Assembly (NCBI GenBank): GCA_046538485.1
Contig: JBKHIT010000016.1
Location: 1 to 64,000, forward strand
DNA from: Candidatus Brocadiia bacterium
GTDB lineage: Bacteria; Planctomycetota; Brocadiia; SM23-32
Reading direction: 5' to 3'
Length of the DNA: 64,000 nt
Shown here: positions 51,289 to 61,022 of the stretch, piece by piece
Layout: the number at the start of each line of letters is the position of its first letter
Numbering within the stretch: the first letter of the stretch is position 1
Notes under the pieces: model-generated
Seen by the model: only the letters and a program-made list of their open reading frames with translations
The model's database searches: none
Told to the model about the DNA's origin: nothing
Position numbers and translations under genes: made by a program

Positions 51289-51539
51289 TGGTGTGATTGT
51301 GGTCGTTGAGGCCGCGCTTTTCAACTCGAACTTATTTTCCCCTCCGGAGAGTGTTTCTTTCAAAAGGGTTATGTAAGATAATATAAAATAATCTGTTATG
51401 GAAAACAGGATACATGTGAAAAAGGGCTCGGTGGCGGTGTGAATAACATTTTAATGTCCGGTATAATCGATAAATGCACGGATCGTTTCGTTTTCATTGA
51501 TTGTGTTTTGGGCTTCTCTTCCGCGGGCGGTGATTAGCC

Positions 51540-53786
51540 ATGGCGCGCCAGAACAAGTTGCAGGAAAAGATACTGAATTTCATCCGAGCTTCCAGCTACC
51601 GTCCTATGACGGCGGAAAAGCTGACCCAACATTTTTCCCTTCCCCCTGAGGAAGAAGATCGAATGCGCGCCTGCCTGGAGGAGTTGCAAATCGAGGGCGA
51701 GGTGGTGAGGGATAAAAAGGGGGAATGGCAGGAACCTCACAATAGCTCGCTGGTTGTGGGCAGAATGGAAAGGAAAGCCCGCAAACAAGGAAGCCGTTTC
51801 GGTTTTGTGCTGCCGATTTCCGAAAATGTAGATGAAGATATTTATGTGCCGGAGCGGGATTTGCGGGGAGCTATGAACGACGACATTGTCCTGGTGAAAT
51901 TCAGTGAGGGGAAAAGGGGCGGGAAACGGGGCCCTGCGGGAAAAGTGCTGGAGATTCTCAAGCGCGCACACCATCAGGTAATCGGTTCGTTTACCCCACG
52001 CAAGAAAGGCGGAATCGTGACCCCGGATGATCCCTCCCTATCATGCGATGTGATTATCCCGGCGGGGTGTGCTGCGAATGCAAACAAAGGGGAGAAAGTT
52101 CTGGCGGAGATCACAAGCTGGCCCGACAAACGCCATCCGAACGCGCTCGGCGCGGTAGAGCGGGTTGTGGGTCAGGAAGGTGATCCTGAGGTCGATGAAG
52201 CCGCTGTGATCCTGCAATTTGGTCTTCCTACCGAATTCCCTTCCGAAGTGGAAAGATTGGCCGCTGAAATCCCCGCTTTTCAGAATATAAACGATTCCGA
52301 AATTCAAGAACAGGGGCGAAAAGATTACAGGGAAGATTATGTTGTTGCAATTGATCCAGAGACGGCACACGATCGGGATGATGCGCTTTCGTTTCGCGAG
52401 GACCCCGAAACGGGTAACCGTGAGGTAAGGGTTCATATCGCCGATGTATCACATTTTGTGCATCCGGAGACCGCTCTGGATAAGGAAGCACGGCGCCGCG
52501 GGTTGAGCGTTTATCTCCTGCGCGATTTTGTCCCAATGCTTCCCAAGCAGTGCACGCAGCAAGCCTTGAGCCTGGCCGAGAACAAAGATCGGTGCAGTAA
52601 AACCGTCACGCTTTGTTATGACGACCAGGCAAACCTTGTTGATACGAAATTGGAGAAATCGGTTGTCCGACTTAACGAGGAGCTTACTTACAAAGGCGTC
52701 CAGGAACTCCTCGAAGCGGCAGATAAGGAACAGCGGGAAACCGAGGAACCCCTGGACACTTTCGGAGAGGGAATCGACGCCCGGGCCGTAGCGAAATGGC
52801 CGGACCAGCTCTGGGGTACCGTTGTCGGGCTTGACAGGCTGGCCCGGCAACTTCGCGCCCGGCGTCGAGAAGTTGGTTCGGTTGACCTCGATGTGCCCGA
52901 ATACGACGTTCGGGTTGATGAAGATGGGCGCGTGACAGCGGTCTCTCAGATTGAGCGCGACAGATCACACGATCTTGTAGAAGAGTTTATGCTGGAAGCC
53001 AATAAAGCCGTGGCGCGATTTCTGCAGGAGAAAAATCTTCCAGGCCTTTATCGAGTCCATGAAAAGCCAGAGGAAGAAGACCTGGAGGGTTTTGCGCTCT
53101 TTGTGCAGACGGTTATGGAACGCAGCATCGACCCATTTGATCGCGGGGAGTTGCAGCGATTACTTGAGGAAGTGTCGGGGACGAATTTGTCGGAAGCGGT
53201 CAACATGGAATTGTTGCGATGTATGAAACGGGCCGAGTACTCGTCTTCTTCAGCGCCACATTTTGCATTGAACTTCTCGACCTACTGTCATTTCACCTCC
53301 CCAATTCGCCGCTATCCCGACCTGGTTGTTCATCAAATCCTGAATCAACATTTTCAGGGGAAGATTGGCAAGGGGACGCCAGGTGAAGGGCAGCTTCGAG
53401 AATACTGGCGTTCGGAGCTTGATAATATCGCCGCAGAAGTTGTCCGAGCTGAACGGAGGGCCGTCGATGCTGAGCGGGAAATCGTCAATATAAAATTGTT
53501 GCGTTTTCTGGAAGAGCGGTCAGGACCCGAGGGAGAGGTGTTCGAAGCTGTCATTACGGGAGTGCAGGAATTCGGCGTGTTTGCGCAGCTTCAGGAATAT
53601 TCAATCGAGGGTCTCATTAAGGTCGAACGACTTTCCGACGATTATTACGTTTTTCAGGAAAAGGAACGGGCACTTGTCGGACGTCGACATGGACGGAAAC
53701 TGCGTCTGGGAGAGTCGATGGAGGTGGTGATCAAAGGAATCAATATGGAAATGCGCCAGCTTGACCTTGCCCCAGCGGATTTTTAG
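51540..53786 (+). CDS. rnr: ribonuclease R
   Basis: HTH and cold-shock domains, IDPETAHDRDDA, HFTSPIRRYPD, C-terminal S1. Confidence 0.92.
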   Translation: MARQNKLQEKILNFIRASSYRPMTAEKLTQHFSLPPEEEDRMRACLEELQIEGEVVRDKKGEWQEPHNSSLVVGRMERKARKQGSRFGFVLPISENVDEDIYVPERDLRGAMNDDIVLVKFSEGKRGGKRGPAGKVLEILKRAHHQVIGSFTPRKKGGIVTPDDPSLSCDVIIPAGCAANANKGEKVLAEITSWPDKRHPNALGAVERVVGQEGDPEVDEAAVILQFGLPTEFPSEVERLAAEIPAFQNINDSEIQEQGRKDYREDYVVAIDPETAHDRDDALSFREDPETGNREVRVHIADVSHFVHPETALDKEARRRGLSVYLLRDFVPMLPKQCTQQALSLAENKDRCSKTVTLCYDDQANLVDTKLEKSVVRLNEELTYKGVQELLEAADKEQRETEEPLDTFGEGIDARAVAKWPDQLWGTVVGLDRLARQLRARRREVGSVDLDVPEYDVRVDEDGRVTAVSQIERDRSHDLVEEFMLEANKAVARFLQEKNLPGLYRVHEKPEEEDLEGFALFVQTVMERSIDPFDRGELQRLLEEVSGTNLSEAVNMELLRCMKRAEYSSSSAPHFALNFSTYCHFTSPIRRYPDLVVHQILNQHFQGKIGKGTPGEGQLREYWRSELDNIAAEVVRAERRAVDAEREIVNIKLLRFLEERSGPEGEVFEAVITGVQEFGVFAQLQEYSIEGLIKVERLSDDYYVFQEKERALVGRRHGRKLRLGESMEVVIKGINMEMRQLDLAPADF

Positions 53787-53935
53787 CCGACGGACCCGAA
53801 TATTTCAAACGTCCTCAGTGCTGCAGATGCGCGATTACACAGTGCGCACAAAAACACACCCTGAATTTCCCACATGAAGCTTCAAAGAACAAAACCTTAT
53901 AATAGTTATTGCCTTAAATTCATGAAATGTCCGGG

Positions 53936-56299
53936 CTAAAGACCCGTTTCCAGGTCTTCGATGAGGAAGCCGAGAACTTCTGCAGAAATAGGATCCACCG
54001 CTGGCGCGAATTTGCCATATTTCATTGCCCGAAGGTAGGAAACAAGACGTGGGCTGCTTCCCTTCTCGGCCAGCACCACTTCGTAATAAGTGGATTTGAG
54101 ATTCACTTTTTCAGTCTCAGGTGGTGTGCCATATCTTTGAACGATATCGACCCGTCTTAATCCGGTTTTAAGACGAACCACCAGATCCGGGACATCGATT
54201 CCTGTCGTTTCGGCTTCCAGGCGACATTCGATCACAGCGGGTGAGACAAGATCTGAATCCACACTCATCAGTTCGCCAAATTGCAGCCATTCTTTTCCGC
54301 TTGCTCCAGGTTTTTCTTCGGTGCCGAGTCTCAACAGGCAATCGGCTTCATACATGGAGGGGGCTTTGTAGCCAGTCACGTAGCGAATCTGCCGGTTACC
54401 GGCGAAGGCACCGACATGGCCCAATCGCCCCAGCGCATAGAGACTGAGTTTTTCGCCCGTTTTGCCGATGATCACCCGCGCACTACGATGAAGAGGTTTT
54501 CCGGTCGAGTTTGAGCGCAGTTCAAAACAACGGACCGGTGAGAAATCTTCAAGGGAAAACGTCTTTTTTACTTTCGTTCCCGCCGCTCCTGCTTTTTCTT
54601 CAGGGACGCCCGTTTTGACTTCAAATTCTTGTTTTTCGACGGGGCCTTTGATGAAACAGAAGTTTTGTTCGTCTTCGGCACGGAGAAGTTCATGAGTTTT
54701 CAATTCAACGATCTTTAAGTCTGAAAGGTTGATTCCATCCGAACCCATTAAGTGGTTACGCAGGCGTGCTCTTACATCCCGCCCAAAAGCATCCATGAAA
54801 TTGCCGTTGTAGAAAAGTTTCAATTTCCTGCCTATTTCCTGCTGTTGGCCGGCGGCACCGCCTTCTAATTCAGGCAGAAAGAAAGTGAGCCATTGTTTTA
54901 TAAACTGTTTTGGATTTGTTGATGTTTGGAAGCCGCCATTTTTTGTGTTTCCGCCATTTCCGCGATTTCTTAACGATGTAACCAGGAAAAGGCCGCCCGA
55001 TCCCAGAACAAGCAGAATAACGAGACCAATACCAATTTTTTTCCACCTGTCTGATTCTTTTCTGCCCTGGGCGATTATTGTGCCCGTCACAGTGCCGGTG
55101 GGCTGTTCATCGGGTTTTCGTGTGGTGGAGGGAGCACTGAAATCGGCGTATCGAGCGATAGCTGGAACATTTCGAATCGGGCGCCACTGATCGGAATCGG
55201 GGCCCTGGATCTTGTCATCCGGACCGAGTTTTCGTTTTGCAAGCAGCTCCGCCAGATAACGTTCGGTGACGGGGCCCCTTTCCTGCCCTTCCATACGGAA
55301 ATACCACTGTTCACTTTCTTCGTCGGCTTTTCCGAGTCCGGATTCAGCGGCAGCGATTGATTTCTCAAGTTCAGGAACGTCCCGGATATCTTTCCAGGTG
55401 CCGAGTTTTTTATTGAAGACGGTGTCGCCGGCCACAACTTGTTTGCGTTCGACAAGTTGACAAAGCTCATTGAATTCCAGAGGACCTTCGACTTCGCCGT
55501 TGTGGCGGTAATACCAGAGTTCTCCTGAAGCGGCTGATGCCGCCGACGGCACTTCGTCGAGTGCTTCGGAAAGTTCTGGAATACTCGCGGCGTCTTTCCA
55601 ACCGTCGAGTTTATTGGACCAAATTCGGTCATCTGCTTTAATCTTACCTTTACGGACGGCTTTCAGTAGGTTCTCGAGTGAGTAAGGCCCTTCCCGTTTG
55701 CCTTTCCGCATCCAGTACCACATCTCTTCGATGTTCTTGCTGGCCTCGAGTTCTTTGAGTGTTTGCTGAAACCGCCCGACCTGCCTGATGGTTCGCCAAT
55801 CCCCGAGTTCCTTACTCCAGACACTTGTTTTGGGGGTGATTTGTCCCTTTTGGATCAACTCTTTGACATATTCTGTCTTGTAGGGACCGTATCTTTGCCC
55901 TTTGATACTGACGTACCAGGCGTCTTTTTGTTTTTGTTTTCCCGGTTTTAGCGCATCTATTTCAGCAATTGGTTTCCAACCGCCGAGCGGTTCGGCGTAG
56001 ACCTGGTCCTGGGGCAGAAGCTGACCGTGAACGACCCGATTTTTCAGCTCTTCGAAACTGAGGGGTCCTTTCGATTGGCCACTTTCACTGACGTACCACC
56101 TTGCGGACTCGAGACTTGTCTCCGTCTGGGGTGTTTCCTTTTTCTCCTCGGATTCCGGCGTTTTGTCATCGTCGGTTTCGTCGGATTTTGGAATCGACAG
56201 GGAGGCGCCGCAGCTACACCGTGCCTTTTGTCCCGCCAGTGAGGAAGGGACCATGAATTCGGCACCGCAAGCGTCGCATTTGACAGAGATATTTTTCAT
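53936..56299 (-). CDS. zinc-ribbon plus five GYF_2 (DUF4339) domains, TM helix and C-terminal exterior domain
   Basis: CDACG..CSCG; five WY....G...GP.....L......G......W repeats; IGIGLVILLVLGSGGLFLV. Confidence 0.82.
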   Translation of the reverse strand: MKNISVKCDACGAEFMVPSSLAGQKARCSCGASLSIPKSDETDDDKTPESEEKKETPQTETSLESARWYVSESGQSKGPLSFEELKNRVVHGQLLPQDQVYAEPLGGWKPIAEIDALKPGKQKQKDAWYVSIKGQRYGPYKTEYVKELIQKGQITPKTSVWSKELGDWRTIRQVGRFQQTLKELEASKNIEEMWYWMRKGKREGPYSLENLLKAVRKGKIKADDRIWSNKLDGWKDAASIPELSEALDEVPSAASAASGELWYYRHNGEVEGPLEFNELCQLVERKQVVAGDTVFNKKLGTWKDIRDVPELEKSIAAAESGLGKADEESEQWYFRMEGQERGPVTERYLAELLAKRKLGPDDKIQGPDSDQWRPIRNVPAIARYADFSAPSTTRKPDEQPTGTVTGTIIAQGRKESDRWKKIGIGLVILLVLGSGGLFLVTSLRNRGNGGNTKNGGFQTSTNPKQFIKQWLTFFLPELEGGAAGQQQEIGRKLKLFYNGNFMDAFGRDVRARLRNHLMGSDGINLSDLKIVELKTHELLRAEDEQNFCFIKGPVEKQEFEVKTGVPEEKAGAAGTKVKKTFSLEDFSPVRCFELRSNSTGKPLHRSARVIIGKTGEKLSLYALGRLGHVGAFAGNRQIRYVTGYKAPSMYEADCLLRLGTEEKPGASGKEWLQFGELMSVDSDLVSPAVIECRLEAETTGIDVPDLVVRLKTGLRRVDIVQRYGTPPETEKVNLKSTYYEVVLAEKGSSPRLVSYLRAMKYGKFAPAVDPISAEVLGFLIEDLETGL

Positions 56300-56333
56300 A
56301 CTACCAGCGGTTTGTCACCGATGTGCAAGCAAA

Positions 56334-57422
56334 TTAGGGAAGGAATTTATCGGGATCGGCCATTTTCTGGGGAAGGTAATTTTCCAGCACAAAATTGAGG
56401 CTATGTTTGGCAAAAGCTTGTTGTTCGGCCCTTTCTCCCATTTTAAGCATCTCTTTGATCGCTTTTCGCCATTCATTATGATGCTGGAAGAAAGGATCAT
56501 TCTTGAGAATGTCATTGGCTCGTTTTGTATCCGTGTCGCTCAAAGGATGCGTGGGCAGGTCATAATCTTTAATATCTTGTGGTGTTACCCCGAGCAAACG
56601 AGCCTCCGGAACACAGAAGTACTCGTTGATATGCGCGGAATTCCCACTCCCAACTTTGAGCGTTCTATAAATGTTAGCATATCCGTAAGGGTCGCCATCT
56701 ACAAATGCATAAACGGGCAGGTCGTTCTCTTCGCTCAGCCGGCGGATGAAACGGCGACATGCACGAGTGGGCACGCCACCCATTGAAACAAGGATACAAT
56801 TGGCTTCTTTCCAATAAGCATGGTTGTTCAAACGCTGGAACATGCCAGCGGTCTCAATGGCCAGAATGAAATCGGCCGACGTCTTGAAATCAAGCTCCTC
56901 TACAGATATCGGAACCGAGTATGCTCCACTGCCAAAGCGCGTACAGTCAATTTCAATCTTCTCGCCCGAATTGCGTTCCCGGTCGACCACTTTTAGCGGG
57001 CCTGCCACTTCTCCCCCTTTTTCCTCCGGGACGAAGCCGAGTTTCTCCCGGTTCACGGCAAACATCGCCTCGATATCTTCCATTACGGTATCGCTCTCAG
57101 GCTGTTTATCAAACCGAGCATCTTCCCAATTCTTGGAAATATAGTAAGCTTCTCGCTTGCTGACTTCTTCCTCGTTGTTGATGGTCTCCCGGGCCAGTGC
57201 CATCATTCGTAATGTCTGAGCGAAACTTTTCACCGTGTTATAGGTAAGGGTACGGGTTATCCTGTCCTTGCCCAGCTGAAAATAACCTGAGTCGTCTTCA
57301 TAAATTACGTTGCTCAAACTCCGCTTTGGCAGCTGAACCTGAGGTTTTTTGCCTTTTTCTATCTTGCCGCGTATTGACTCTGCGCAGTCGATAATGATGG
57401 AACGGGGATCCTGCTCGGCCAT
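56334..57422 (-). CDS. top6A: DNA topoisomerase VI subunit A
   Basis: KREAYY (catalytic Tyr), AIETAGMF, GVPTR, DGDPYG (Toprim DxD), AEQQA; ATG 57422 after GGAGG. Confidence 0.95.
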   Translation of the reverse strand: MAEQDPRSIIIDCAESIRGKIEKGKKPQVQLPKRSLSNVIYEDDSGYFQLGKDRITRTLTYNTVKSFAQTLRMMALARETINNEEEVSKREAYYISKNWEDARFDKQPESDTVMEDIEAMFAVNREKLGFVPEEKGGEVAGPLKVVDRERNSGEKIEIDCTRFGSGAYSVPISVEELDFKTSADFILAIETAGMFQRLNNHAYWKEANCILVSMGGVPTRACRRFIRRLSEENDLPVYAFVDGDPYGYANIYRTLKVGSGNSAHINEYFCVPEARLLGVTPQDIKDYDLPTHPLSDTDTKRANDILKNDPFFQHHNEWRKAIKEMLKMGERAEQQAFAKHSLNFVLENYLPQKMADPDKFLP

Positions 57423-57617
57423 GTGATTCCTCCAGAGAGTAAACGGTACACGACTTACCATATAGCATAATTTCTGAGGGGGGAAAATATCAAGGCACTT
57501 GTCTCTGAAATCAACAATCATGCGTCAACCTCTTCAAGGCCTGATGGTGCATGCGGCATAAAGTTTTCATATACTGTTTTTGTACAATTGCTTTCGCCCC
57601 CGAGGAGAAGAAACGGT

Positions 57618-58601
57618 ATGATTGCCGTCAGCCACCAAAAACTTACGGAAAAAGCTATCCAGAAACTGGAAAGCGAAGGAGTTGCCTCCGCCAGGGCTCG
57701 CATCGTCGTCGACCATATGCTGACCGCAACCCTGTGGGGGCGGTCCACTCACGGATTTTCCGTGCGGTTTCCTTATATTCTCAAACAGGCTCAGGAAGGT
57801 GCCGGGGAAAAACAGCTGGAAATTGTCGAAAGTTCCCCCACTCGCGTTGTGGTGGATGCAAATCAGGGGTTCGGGTACCTTGCCGGCTACCGCTGCACCG
57901 AAATCCTCCGCGATCGGGTCAGCAAAAACGGTTCGGCCACTATCGCCCTGCGCAATACGCGTCACTCCGGCATGATCGGCTACTACACCAATATTCTCGC
58001 CAGAGCAGGTATCGTGGCTTTGGCTTTTGGGAATTGTGTTCCTTTGATGGCTCCATACGGGGGAAAAGAGGCTCTGCTCGGGACAAACCCGATTTCGTTT
58101 GCCTTCCCCGCGGAACCCGATCCCATCCTCGTGGATATGGCCACGTCCGCCCTTTCCTACGGCAATGTCACCGAACGCGATCAAGCAGACGAAGCTCTGC
58201 CCGAAGGATGTGCTCTCGGCCCTGAAGGTGAACCGACAACAGACGCTGCGGAAGCTCGGGAAGGAGCCCTCCTCCCGTTTGGTGGACACCGCGGTGGCGC
58301 CCTCGCCGTGGCCGTTCAATTACTGGCCGGGGCATTCACAGGTGCGGCTCCTATACCCGATGAAGGCAAAGATTACGGCCTCCTCCTGATCGGCTACAGT
58401 CGCGGATTATTAGCGGGAGAACAAAATTACGATCACGCCGTTCAGGAGTTCATTCAGCGTTATCTCTCCGTCCCCGAACGTCCCGGAATGGAAGTGAGAC
58501 TCCCTGGTAGCCGGCGGTACGAAAATCTCCGGCAACGTGAGAAACAGCCCATCGAAATATCCGATGAGCTTGCCCGGGAACTGAAACTCAACGCAAAATA
58601 G
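57618..58601 (+). CDS. Ldh_2-family (AllD/ComC-like) NAD(P)-dependent oxidoreductase
   Basis: STHG, DANQGFG, GTNPI, DMATS, PFGGHRG, RLPG. Confidence 0.88.
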   Translation: MIAVSHQKLTEKAIQKLESEGVASARARIVVDHMLTATLWGRSTHGFSVRFPYILKQAQEGAGEKQLEIVESSPTRVVVDANQGFGYLAGYRCTEILRDRVSKNGSATIALRNTRHSGMIGYYTNILARAGIVALAFGNCVPLMAPYGGKEALLGTNPISFAFPAEPDPILVDMATSALSYGNVTERDQADEALPEGCALGPEGEPTTDAAEAREGALLPFGGHRGGALAVAVQLLAGAFTGAAPIPDEGKDYGLLLIGYSRGLLAGEQNYDHAVQEFIQRYLSVPERPGMEVRLPGSRRYENLRQREKQPIEISDELARELKLNAK

Positions 58602-58610
58602 AGTTGGCAA

Positions 58611-59117
58611 ATGCAAGAATCAAACCCTGAATACCAGCTTCGAGCCGAAATCGGACGCACAGACGTGAACGCAATCGCCATCCTCGGAATTGGAAATTGC
58701 GCCAGGGCGGATGACGGATTTGGGCCGGCGGTGACGGATCTTCTGCCACAGCATATTGCGCTCTGCGTGGTGAACGGTGGTAGTGTTCCTGAAAATGAAC
58801 TCCCCCGCCTCGCAAAAGCGAAACCGGAACTGGTTATTTTTGTCGATGCCGTCCACAGCGGCGATAAACCCGGCACGTTGCGGGTGCTCGGGCCCGAACA
58901 ACTCCGCCAGGATGACGTTTCGACCCATTCAGCGTCCCTGACAGTAGCCGGGAAATTTCTCGAAGAATCCTGTGGTGCGTCCTGCGTGCTGCTGTCGGCC
59001 CAACCGGCTGACTGCTCCCTGGGCAACCCGATGAGCCCGGCCGTCACCGCGGCGGCGCAAAGAGCTGCCGACATTCTCGTAGGTATCCTGACCGAACGCG
59101 GGAGAAGCAGGAGCTAA
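58611..59117 (+). CDS. hydrogenase maturation protease (HycI-like)
   Basis: ILGIGN..RADDGFGP, VPEN, VDAV, STH. Confidence 0.85.
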   Translation: MQESNPEYQLRAEIGRTDVNAIAILGIGNCARADDGFGPAVTDLLPQHIALCVVNGGSVPENELPRLAKAKPELVIFVDAVHSGDKPGTLRVLGPEQLRQDDVSTHSASLTVAGKFLEESCGASCVLLSAQPADCSLGNPMSPAVTAAAQRAADILVGILTERGRSRS

Positions 59118-59303
59118 TCGTTGCATCCCGCGGCACAGGTCGCGCCAGAGGCGGATAAAGCCGCGGGAGGGCACGGCAAGTCACAATTGTAGGCAAGGGA
59201 CGTTCGATTGCAGCTTCCAGGGGTTTTTGGGCAAAAATCAACTGGAACGGGCCACCATGCGAAACCGGAACGCACTTGTTTCTGACCGCTTAGAATTGAG
59301 GCA

Positions 59304-59756
59304 TTAGTTTTCTTCTCCGTCCAAACAGCCAGGCATCTTTTCGACATAACGCCGGATCTGATCGCGCACTTTTCTGTAACATTCCAGCTTCTTCTGCTCG
59401 GTATCGGCATTTTCCGCCAGCCGGGGCGGATCCTCAAAACCCTTATGCACCACCGTGGCGTCTCCGGGAAACAACGGGCATGCCTCGCGGGCATGATCGC
59501 AGACGGTCACCACGTAGTCGAATTCCACCTCTTTCAGTTCATCCACGTGTTTCGAGCGGTGTCCGGAGATATCAACCCCCGCCTCCTCCATCACTTTTAC
59601 GGCTCTGGCGTTCAGCCCGTGGGTCTCCACACCGGCCGAATAAGGCTCGATCCGGTCCCCTCTCAGGTGACGGGCCCACCCCTCCGCCATCTGGCTGCGG
59701 CAGGAGTTTCCCGTGCACAGAAACAGTACCTTCAGCTTTCGTTCTGCATCCTGCAT
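59304..59756 (-). CDS. arsC: arsenate reductase (LMW-PTP type)
   Basis: CTGNSCRSQMAEG, TVCDHAREACP, FEDP; overlaps the 3' end of arsR. Confidence 0.93.
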   Translation of the reverse strand: MQDAERKLKVLFLCTGNSCRSQMAEGWARHLRGDRIEPYSAGVETHGLNARAVKVMEEAGVDISGHRSKHVDELKEVEFDYVVTVCDHAREACPLFPGDATVVHKGFEDPPRLAENADTEQKKLECYRKVRDQIRRYVEKMPGCLDGEEN

Positions 59757-60124
59757 AATTCCTCTGGATCGGTCTCGAGTATCTGCTCCAACCGGTCTCT
59801 GTCATCCGCCCCCTGCCGGGTATCGGACATGTGTGTCGTCGCCCACTCAATGGCATCGCTGACGGCGGCCGATTCCGCCCCGTCAGGCAGCCGATAGTAG
59901 ACCCATCGCCCCTGTTTTCGGCTGGTCACCAGCCCGGCCTTTCGCAGGATACTCATGTGTTTCGAGACCGTGGAGGGTGCCAGCTGGAGCAACTCCACAA
60001 TCTGACACACGCACAGCTCGCGGCCCTCGAGGGCATAGAGAGCACGTATACGGCTCCTGTGAGCAAGAGCTTTCGCCATCTGAACGAGGTCGGAAGCATC
60101 ATGTTGTTTTTGATATTTCGTCAT
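59732..60124 (-). CDS. arsR: ArsR/SmtB-family repressor
   Basis: AKALAHRSRIR, ELCVCQI, STVSKHM, GRWVYY; ATG 60124 (alternative 60079). Confidence 0.92.
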   Translation of the reverse strand: MTKYQKQHDASDLVQMAKALAHRSRIRALYALEGRELCVCQIVELLQLAPSTVSKHMSILRKAGLVTSRKQGRWVYYRLPDGAESAAVSDAIEWATTHMSDTRQGADDRDRLEQILETDPEELCRMQNES

Positions 60125-60160
60125 ATAACGAAGTATAAGCTGTTGTAATTGCGTCGTCAA
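60113..60160 (-). promoter_or_regulatory. sigma70 promoter with overlapping ArsR operator (arsR-arsC)
   Basis: TTGACG-17-TATACT; imperfect inverted repeat ATTTCG-N8-CGAAGT at 60115-60134. Confidence 0.8.
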
Positions 60161-60285
60161 GAAGGAAGCACGGGTGAGGTATTTGCGCCGTGGGGTCTTT
60201 TCGGGTTATGTTTCACATATGCGTTTAGCGTGCGTTACATCAGCCGTCCACGCTCGCAATCTCGCTGTTGGGGTGAAAAAACGAC

Positions 60286-60324
60286 GAGATTGCTTCGCCC
60301 ATCTTCCGGTGGGCTCGCAATGAC
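60286..60324. repeat. REP-like element GAGATTGCTTCG...CTCGCAATGAC
   Basis: Matches a widespread intergenic repeat form; internal hairpin GCCCA..TGGGC. Confidence 0.6.
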
Positions 60325-60490
60325 CTGTGTGGCTGTCGGCGCCCCGGGGAATTTCCCAGAACCCACGCGGTCTCCACGTATCCGGGATGCCACGCACATG
60401 CAGGCCGTGATCGCCGAGCGCGTCCTGCCCTGAAGGGCAGTATATAACAGCCCAGGCCGGACGAGCCCGGCGGATTTGTTAACGAGCGGG

Positions 60491-60567
60491 GAATCAGTCA
60501 TCAGTAACCGGTAATCAAGGTTTTGTCGTAACCAGTTAGCTGTATACCGATTACCGATCACCGAATA
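60491..60567. repeat. inverted arrays of degenerate 7-mers
   Basis: gaatcag tcatcag taaccgg taatcaa versus ccgatta ccgatca ccgaata. Confidence 0.6.
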
Positions 60568-61022
60568 CGCTTATTTTGGGACGAGGTACCCTGCAACAAC
60601 CTTAATGTCGTCCACCGCGACTCGCGGTCGCCGCACTCCTACAGTTATCCTGTTGTGTAAATGACAAATGTACCCTATGCATTAGGGGATGCGCGGGGGG
60701 CTGCGCAGCCCCCCGCGGCAGCGAACATCTTCCGGACCCCCGGGTTGTCGGCAGCACCGGCCCGTGCGGTATCCCGCGCGCCAGCGGCGCGCTGTGGATC
60801 GCGGTATGTCAAAACGGACCGAGGGGGCGTTTTACTCACCGCTGTGTCGTTCTGCCTTACCTCATCTCTCCTTCTCTAAACGGAGAACGACAACAAAAGA
60901 TACTCGCAGCCGTTTTTCAACGGCAATTCGCCTTTGCCTTCTGCGCAACAGCAGCGCTAAAAGCCTGTGCCTCTCCACGGTATACTCAAATACCCGGTAG
61001 AAGATGCAGGCTGTACCGTTTC

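Noticed and set aside
56334..57422. Wadjet JetD or another Toprim defence nuclease
   Set aside because: The motifs match canonical Top6A, a full top6B is present, and there are no SMC/jetABC genes.
60209..60224. parS site (TGTTTCAC...)
   Set aside because: Half-site only; the second half of the palindrome is absent.
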